NCBI GenBank assembly: GCA_963422735.1
Contig: OY730476.1
Location: 2,208,001 to 2,272,000 of the forward strand
Direction: 5' to 3'
Origin: Candidatus Latescibacterota bacterium
Lineage (GTDB): Bacteria; Latescibacterota; UBA2968; UBA8231
DNA length: 64,000 nucleotides
Numbering within the stretch: position 1 is the first letter of the stretch; every line of letters begins with the position of its first letter. The notes beneath the pieces were generated by a model that saw only the letters and a program-made list of their open reading frames with translations, was not told where the DNA came from and did not search any database. Shown in pieces: positions 58,779-64,000 of the stretch. The translations under genes and the position numbers were made by a program.

Positions 58779-61082
58779 CTAGTACGCCACCGCTACCAAG
58801 CGCTGCTGACTATGGCTTTCCTCGTCTCCTTCGACGCGCAATTCCGCCACGTATAGCCCTGGCACTACCTGCGTACCCCAACTCCCCCGGCCATCCCAAA
58901 CCCAAGCCCGACCACCAGCCCGGCCCTCCTCTTCCCGCACCCACATCAGCCGCCCCGCAAGGTCGAAAATCCGCAGGCCAATCCACCGTGCGGCCAAGAC
59001 ATTGACCAGATCGAATTCTACCCGCAGCGCGTCGTTGACCCCGTCGCCATTGGGCGTCAACGCCGGCGGCCCCATCGCCACGTTGGCCAACAACCGCGCC
59101 CCCACGGGCAGACGCACGGCATTTGTGCTGCTGGCGACCTCCGCGTACGCATCGCCCGCATCCACCCGCTGTCGCAACAGCGCATCGGCGGGCCCCTGGG
59201 CGATAAAGGCGTCAAAGCGCGTGGCATCGACAAACACGGTTCCAGCAAAGCGCAGTTCCACTAGCTGACGGCTCCTGATCGGCGCGGCCAAGGCGATGGC
59301 TAACCCCCCTTCCGTCAGTTCAGCCGTTGCCTTCACCACCTCGCCCTCCACCAGCACCGCCACAAACTCAATCGGCGCGGAGGTCTCCACCTCCAAGTGG
59401 TCAAAGCCGCGGCCGGCCACCTGCTGCGGACGAATGTAATAGGCAAACTCGGTCGGTTCCCCGGGCTGCACTTCGACCGGAAAAATCTCCCCCACCACCT
59501 CTTGCGCCACCGGATCGCCGAACTCGATCTCCAGCCAATCTAAGGCCACCCCCGCATCCGGCCGCTCAGACACCAAAGCAACCTCCAACTCGGCGTATTG
59601 TCGCGGCGTGGGCGAAGCGAACGGCTCGCCCGGCTGCAAGTACAGCTTGCTCCACGGGCTCCAATTGGCCCCCGGCGAAAGCGCGGTGTCGATCCGGCCC
59701 TTAAAGGACGGAATGAGCTTGTTGTACTTTCGCTCGGAGACGATCCGGCCGTTTTTGTCGCGATAGGTGATGTCCATTTGCAGGTCATTGCCCGTGCGGC
59801 TGCGCACCTCCACCCGCGTCCCAGTGGGCGCGTCGGCCCGCCAGCGGATCGCGTGTACCTGCTTGTCGCCGCCGAGGTCGAGCAGAGGCGAGGGCAACAC
59901 CAACCGCTGCGGATAGCCCTCGCCAAAAACCTGCAACTCGCGCGTACCGCCCCAATACTGGCAGGGCGGCACAATGCCACAGCCCACGCAAGCGGCCGCG
60001 CAGGCCGCGTCCCAAAACACCCACTCGACCCGCACGTAGCGCGTCTTGATAGGCGCAAAGTGGTGGTTGGCGATCCCGAGCTGGCGATGGGACCTCGTAG
60101 CTTTACCCGCGAATTGCCGGTGCCAGATGCGCGTACCATCCGGCGCCAGTGACCCATCCGTGGTCAGCACTTCGTAGCGGTCAAAGTTGAAGCGGAATTG
60201 CCCGGGCCGCGACAAAAAATCTCCGACGATGCGCACCAAATCCACCCAAAAGACCGCGCCCAAGTCCAAGGTCATGCGCGAGATCACATCGACCGGGCGG
60301 TTGATGCGGCGGTTCTCCGTCCACAGGGAAAACCGGCCGTCGGCCAGCGGCAGCGAATTGGCAAACGACGCAGCGTCGCCAAAGCCGTCGATATCCACAA
60401 TGATTTCCAAGTCCCCGCCCTTGGCCGCCAGATCCAAGGAGAGATTGTCGCCGATGGCTTCGACCTCCACCTCGGCCAGCGCGGCCCCAGCTCCACAGTC
60501 GAGCATTTCGACGCGAATAAATTGCACAAACGGGTCGCGCACCGGGTCCAGCTCCAGCGCGACCTGCTGCCGTTTATTTTCCTTAAAGCGCGCCTTCTCC
60601 CGGTACACAAGGCTACCTTCAATGGGGTTGCCGACCACGTCGATGGCTGGCTCCCCAGTGGAAAGCAACACGTCGAACAGCACACACGGCGGAGCACTCT
60701 CCAAAAAGGTCAGCGCTACCCGGCGCGCTGCCACGGCTCGTCCCAAGTCGATCTCGATCCACCAATCGTCTGGATCGTCGGTCGGGTCGGGTCCCCAGCC
60801 GGTCAGCCGATCTCCGTCAATAGCCCGTGCCGCAGCCAGCACATTGGAGCCAGCCGCGTGAATCCCGCCACCAAAGGCCGCGGCATCGCGCACGGGGTCG
60901 GGATTTTTGCGGATTTTGATCGGACGGATCACCCCAGCGTCGTCGAGCGCGACAATCCCCAGCGGCAAGTGCCAAGTCCGCCACTCATCAGCCGCGTCAA
61001 AGCGGAGCTGCTCGGCGGCGAGTGCACTTGAGAGCAAAGCGCTACTGCCCCACAGGGCGGCTTGGAGTATCTTGCAAATCAT
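58779..61082 (-). CDS. Secreted protein with discoidin-like modules and C-terminal FlgD Ig-like domain
   Basis: Signal peptide, AIDGD..TGW..IEIDLG, LDLG, TPNGDGVND..WDGR..PGLY; GGAGG RBS. Confidence 0.85.
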   Translation of the reverse strand: MICKILQAALWGSSALLSSALAAEQLRFDAADEWRTWHLPLGIVALDDAGVIRPIKIRKNPDPVRDAAAFGGGIHAAGSNVLAAARAIDGDRLTGWGPDPTDDPDDWWIEIDLGRAVAARRVALTFLESAPPCVLFDVLLSTGEPAIDVVGNPIEGSLVYREKARFKENKRQQVALELDPVRDPFVQFIRVEMLDCGAGAALAEVEVEAIGDNLSLDLAAKGGDLEIIVDIDGFGDAASFANSLPLADGRFSLWTENRRINRPVDVISRMTLDLGAVFWVDLVRIVGDFLSRPGQFRFNFDRYEVLTTDGSLAPDGTRIWHRQFAGKATRSHRQLGIANHHFAPIKTRYVRVEWVFWDAACAAACVGCGIVPPCQYWGGTRELQVFGEGYPQRLVLPSPLLDLGGDKQVHAIRWRADAPTGTRVEVRSRTGNDLQMDITYRDKNGRIVSERKYNKLIPSFKGRIDTALSPGANWSPWSKLYLQPGEPFASPTPRQYAELEVALVSERPDAGVALDWLEIEFGDPVAQEVVGEIFPVEVQPGEPTEFAYYIRPQQVAGRGFDHLEVETSAPIEFVAVLVEGEVVKATAELTEGGLAIALAAPIRSRQLVELRFAGTVFVDATRFDAFIAQGPADALLRQRVDAGDAYAEVASSTNAVRLPVGARLLANVAMGPPALTPNGDGVNDALRVEFDLVNVLAARWIGLRIFDLAGRLMWVREEEGRAGGRAWVWDGRGSWGTQVVPGLYVAELRVEGDEESHSQQRLVAVAY

Positions 61083-61211
61083 GGTGCCTCCTATGGCATC
61101 GGTCTCCTCGGCTGGCGTTGAGTCGCCCCAAGCGACGCGAAGTCATAGTATATTGAACCTCGCTTCTCCATCCAATCCGCGCTTGCTTCTTATATATTGC
61201 CCTTGTTATTG

Positions 61212-61436
61212 TAGTGGTCAGTGGCCAGTGATTAGTGAGCAGCCCCCGGCCACAGACCCCTGACCACAGGCCACTGACCCCTGACCCCTGACCCCTGACC
61301 CCTGACCCCTGACCACAGGCCACAGACCCCTGACCACAGGCCACAGACCCCTGACCACAGGCCACTGACCCCTGACCCCTGACCACTGACCACAGGCCAC
61401 AGGCCACTGACCACTGACCCCTGACCCCTGACCACT
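61212..61436. repeat. Heptamer tandem array (about 27 mixed units) with a short inverted arm
   Basis: CCCCTGA/CCACTGA/CCACAGG/CCACAGA units 61250-61436; complementary TAGTGG TCAGTGG CCAGTGA TTAGTGA at 61212-61238. Confidence 0.95.
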
Positions 61437-61453
61437 TCACTGGAGGAAAAGCA

Positions 61454-62461
61454 ATGCCCGCGCTCACATCCCACCAACTCGACCACTTTGCCAGCGAAGG
61501 CTACGTCGTCGTCAAAGGCGTCCTCGATCCGGTCACCACCTTGGACCCGGTCATCGACGAATACGCCACCGTTCTCGACAGCTTGGCCGACGCGCTCTAC
61601 GCTCAGGGCGAAATTACCTCGCGCTACGAAGATCTCGAGTTTGGCGACCGCTACATCCAAATTTGCGTTGAAACCGGCCGCGTCCACAGCCAGTACTTCG
61701 ACTTCTCACTGCCCTTTCAAAACGTCCAGCCCAACACCCCCTTCTGGGCCGGGCCGGCCGTCTTCCGCGCCTTCACAGACCCGAACCTACTCAATGTCGT
61801 CGAGTCGCTGATTGGACCGGAAATCTACTCCAACCCGGTCCAGCACGTGCGCATCAAGCCGCCCGAGCACTACCTGCCCAAAAATCAGTTCGGCAACCCC
61901 ATTCTCGGCGCTACTCAGTGGCACCAAGACCACGGCGTCGTAACCAAGGAAGCGGATGACACGCAGATGCTGACCGTGTGGTTCTCGCTCCAAGACACCC
62001 CCATCGAGAAGGGGCCGCTGATGGTCGCGCCCGGCTCGCACAAAAGCGGCCTTTTGCCCCACTGCCCCAACTACATGGACAACGCGCCGCAATTCGCAGG
62101 TGCGGCCCAAGTCCCGGAAAAGCTCTTCGCCGCCGATCGGGCCATTCCCCTGCCGGTCGAGCGCGGCGACGTCATCTGCGTCCACAAGCAGACCGTCCAC
62201 GGCTCCTATCCCAACGCCAGCGACGAGGTCCGTTGGAGCTTTGACCTGCGCTACAATCCCACCGACCAGCCCACCGGGCGCATCGCCTTCCCCGGGTTTG
62301 TGGCGCGCAGCCGCCGCGATCCAGATAGCGAGCTACGCGACCCAGCCGAGTGGCACCGGCTATGGCTGGAGGCGCGGGCCAAAATGTCCGCTATCAATCA
62401 AGGCGACCAGATCGACGTCCCCTTCCGCCGCGCGCAGATGGCGCACCCTCTGTGCGCCTAG
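61454..62461 (+). CDS. PhyH-family dioxygenase
   Basis: FASEGY, HVRIKPP, WHQD, PGSH, TVHGS, SFDLRY; GGAGG RBS. Confidence 0.92.
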   Translation: MPALTSHQLDHFASEGYVVVKGVLDPVTTLDPVIDEYATVLDSLADALYAQGEITSRYEDLEFGDRYIQICVETGRVHSQYFDFSLPFQNVQPNTPFWAGPAVFRAFTDPNLLNVVESLIGPEIYSNPVQHVRIKPPEHYLPKNQFGNPILGATQWHQDHGVVTKEADDTQMLTVWFSLQDTPIEKGPLMVAPGSHKSGLLPHCPNYMDNAPQFAGAAQVPEKLFAADRAIPLPVERGDVICVHKQTVHGSYPNASDEVRWSFDLRYNPTDQPTGRIAFPGFVARSRRDPDSELRDPAEWHRLWLEARAKMSAINQGDQIDVPFRRAQMAHPLCA

Positions 62462-62466
62462 ACGCC

Positions 62467-63495
62467 ATGCAGCCATTCGACCGCTACGCCGACCTGCTCA
62501 CCTATATCCAAGACAACGGCTACACCCCGCAAATCCTCGGCCGCGCGCCCGACGGACAACCCATTGTCGCGGTCAAAAGCGGCGGTGCCAAAACACCGGC
62601 AATCTTCATCAGTGCCGGCAGCCACTCCACCGAACAGGCCGGCGTCAGCGCGGCCGGTGCCCTCATCGACGAGATAGAGACCGAGCACCAGCTCTACACT
62701 ATTCCCAGTCGCGACCCCATCGGCATGAATGGCCTCGCCTACGCGCTCGGCCTGAGTCTAGATGCAGCCCCGAACCTCGGCGACCTTGACGACATTGCTC
62801 CCTTGCTCAGAAAGCGCGGTAAAATTCTCTATGACGAAGGCGAAACCGCGGTTGCCCTCATCGGCGAGTATGGCTACGCGACGAGCAACCTGTACAACCA
62901 TCCAGTAGGGGATTGGCTCGAAGCACTCAAAGGCCGTCGACTCTACTTCCCCGCCAGCAATCCCGGCGTCGAGCGTGCGTACACGCTGGTGATTACCCCG
63001 GCCGGTGAAGTCCTCCATCTCAACCGCTTCCACGACACGCCTTGGGCACCTGTCGAGCCGCGTTGCACCCGCGACCTGATGGCCGCCATACGGCCCGGCT
63101 TGACGCTGGACCTCCACGAGCACGGGGGCGACTTCTTTTGGTTTTCGGCGCGGCAGCAGCGCACCCCCAGCGACCAGCAGTGGGAGGAGGCCATGGCCAG
63201 CGAGATGATCGCTGCGGTCGCGGCCTCTGGCGTGGCCCTCGCCCCGAGCGATTACTTGCCCGGGTCTTTTTTCACCAAAGGGCCGCGCAGCGTCTTCTGG
63301 CTCAACCCCCAACAGCGCGGCGAGGGCCTCAACCTCGCCGACTTTGCCGCGCACACCTACGGCTTGGCCTTCACCATTGAGACCGGCATGGAGCGGCCCT
63401 TTGCCGAGCGGGTCCACACCGCAAAGATCGCCGTGCAAAAGGCCGTCGAGGTCTTTGAGAGACGCCACGCCGGATGCCCGTCGGCCACGCCCTAA
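62467..63495 (+). CDS. M14-like zinc carboxypeptidase/deacylase
   Basis: AGSHSTE, DPIG, LNR, LDLHE, FTIET. Confidence 0.78.
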   Translation: MQPFDRYADLLTYIQDNGYTPQILGRAPDGQPIVAVKSGGAKTPAIFISAGSHSTEQAGVSAAGALIDEIETEHQLYTIPSRDPIGMNGLAYALGLSLDAAPNLGDLDDIAPLLRKRGKILYDEGETAVALIGEYGYATSNLYNHPVGDWLEALKGRRLYFPASNPGVERAYTLVITPAGEVLHLNRFHDTPWAPVEPRCTRDLMAAIRPGLTLDLHEHGGDFFWFSARQQRTPSDQQWEEAMASEMIAAVAASGVALAPSDYLPGSFFTKGPRSVFWLNPQQRGEGLNLADFAAHTYGLAFTIETGMERPFAERVHTAKIAVQKAVEVFERRHAGCPSATP

Positions 63496-64000
63496 GCCGC
63501 TTTCGGCTGCGGGAATTTAACCGCAATGTCCGGCTGTTTTTTGCTTTCGGCACCTCGATCAACGCCGGCATGGCGCTCTTTTCCCTGCTGTACAATCTCT
63601 ATCTACTGCGCCTGAGCTACCAAGAGGACTTCATCGGCCAAGTCGCCAGCATGGCACCGTTGGCGACCGGCTTGTTAGCACTGCCCACCGGCATCCTGAG
63701 CGACCGCCTCGGCCGCAAGCCCTTCCTCATAGCCTCGGGTCTGCTGCTAGCCATCTCCCAGTTGGGCCTATGCTTGACCACATCGCCGGGTGCGCTGCTG
63801 GCGTTCTCGTTTGTCGGCGGCGTGGCCATGGCCTTCGTCTGGGTCAACCACGTCCCCTTCCTCTCGGACAACGCCCACCCAGCGCGTCGCGCCGAAGCCC
63901 TCGCCATCTGGTCGGCTCTGCAAATAATCGTCCGCATGCTTTTGAGCCTAGTCGGCGGCTTCATGCCCGGAGTCATGGGCTACTTCCTCGGCCTTTCCAC
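63474..64000 (+). CDS. MFS transporter (runs off right edge)
   Basis: Not in ORF track; manual translation FNRNVRLFF..LYNLYLLRL..GILSDRLGRK (motif A). Confidence 0.88.
   Translation, partial: MPVGHALSRFRLREFNRNVRLFFAFGTSINAGMALFSLLYNLYLLRLSYQEDFIGQVASMAPLATGLLALPTGILSDRLGRKPFLIASGLLLAISQLGLCLTTSPGALLAFSFVGGVAMAFVWVNHVPFLSDNAHPARRAEALAIWSALQIIVRMLLSLVGGFMPGVMGYFLGLS

Noticed and set aside
61042-61687. GQGSVAC/SGVRGQ repeat ORFs
   Set aside because: Translations of the heptamer array, overlapping real genes

Overview
GC-rich bacterial chromosomal window with no rRNA, tRNA, CRISPR array or intact transposase that I could see. It is dominated by expanded catabolic paralogue families: 8 PhyH-type Fe(II)/2OG dioxygenases, 4 enolase-superfamily enzymes, 3 Cys-type sulfatases and 3 Gfo/Idh/MocA oxidoreductases. 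It also encodes secreted proteins with FlgD-type C-termini (GH5, discoidin-like), an ASPIC/UnbV FG-GAP protein and an S55 lipoprotein. This content suggests a Latescibacterota/Poribacteria-like, possibly sponge-associated, organism (inference only). Six toxin-antitoxin loci are interspersed (2 intact, 4 broken), along with an intact ABC-ATPase + DUF4276-like pair. About 20 collapsed pseudogenes are largely invisible in the ORF track, including a type I-G-like cas3, type I hsdM/hsdS, a type ISP RM tail and a plant-type LRR. The non-coding DNA holds at least three MITE families with demonstrable terminal inverted repeats and target duplications, plus heptamer tandem arrays and REP-like hairpins. 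Highlights: (1) an IS1595-type MITE whose two copies carry different heptamer variants matching the two free arrays; (2) TA modules bracketed by diverged duplicates of a neighbouring gene end; (3) a 7-blade propeller inserted inside a LamG domain; (4) a PhyH lacking the iron-binding Asp; (5) a MITE with two mutually interlocking helices. All calls are by-eye motif recognition; no searches were run.
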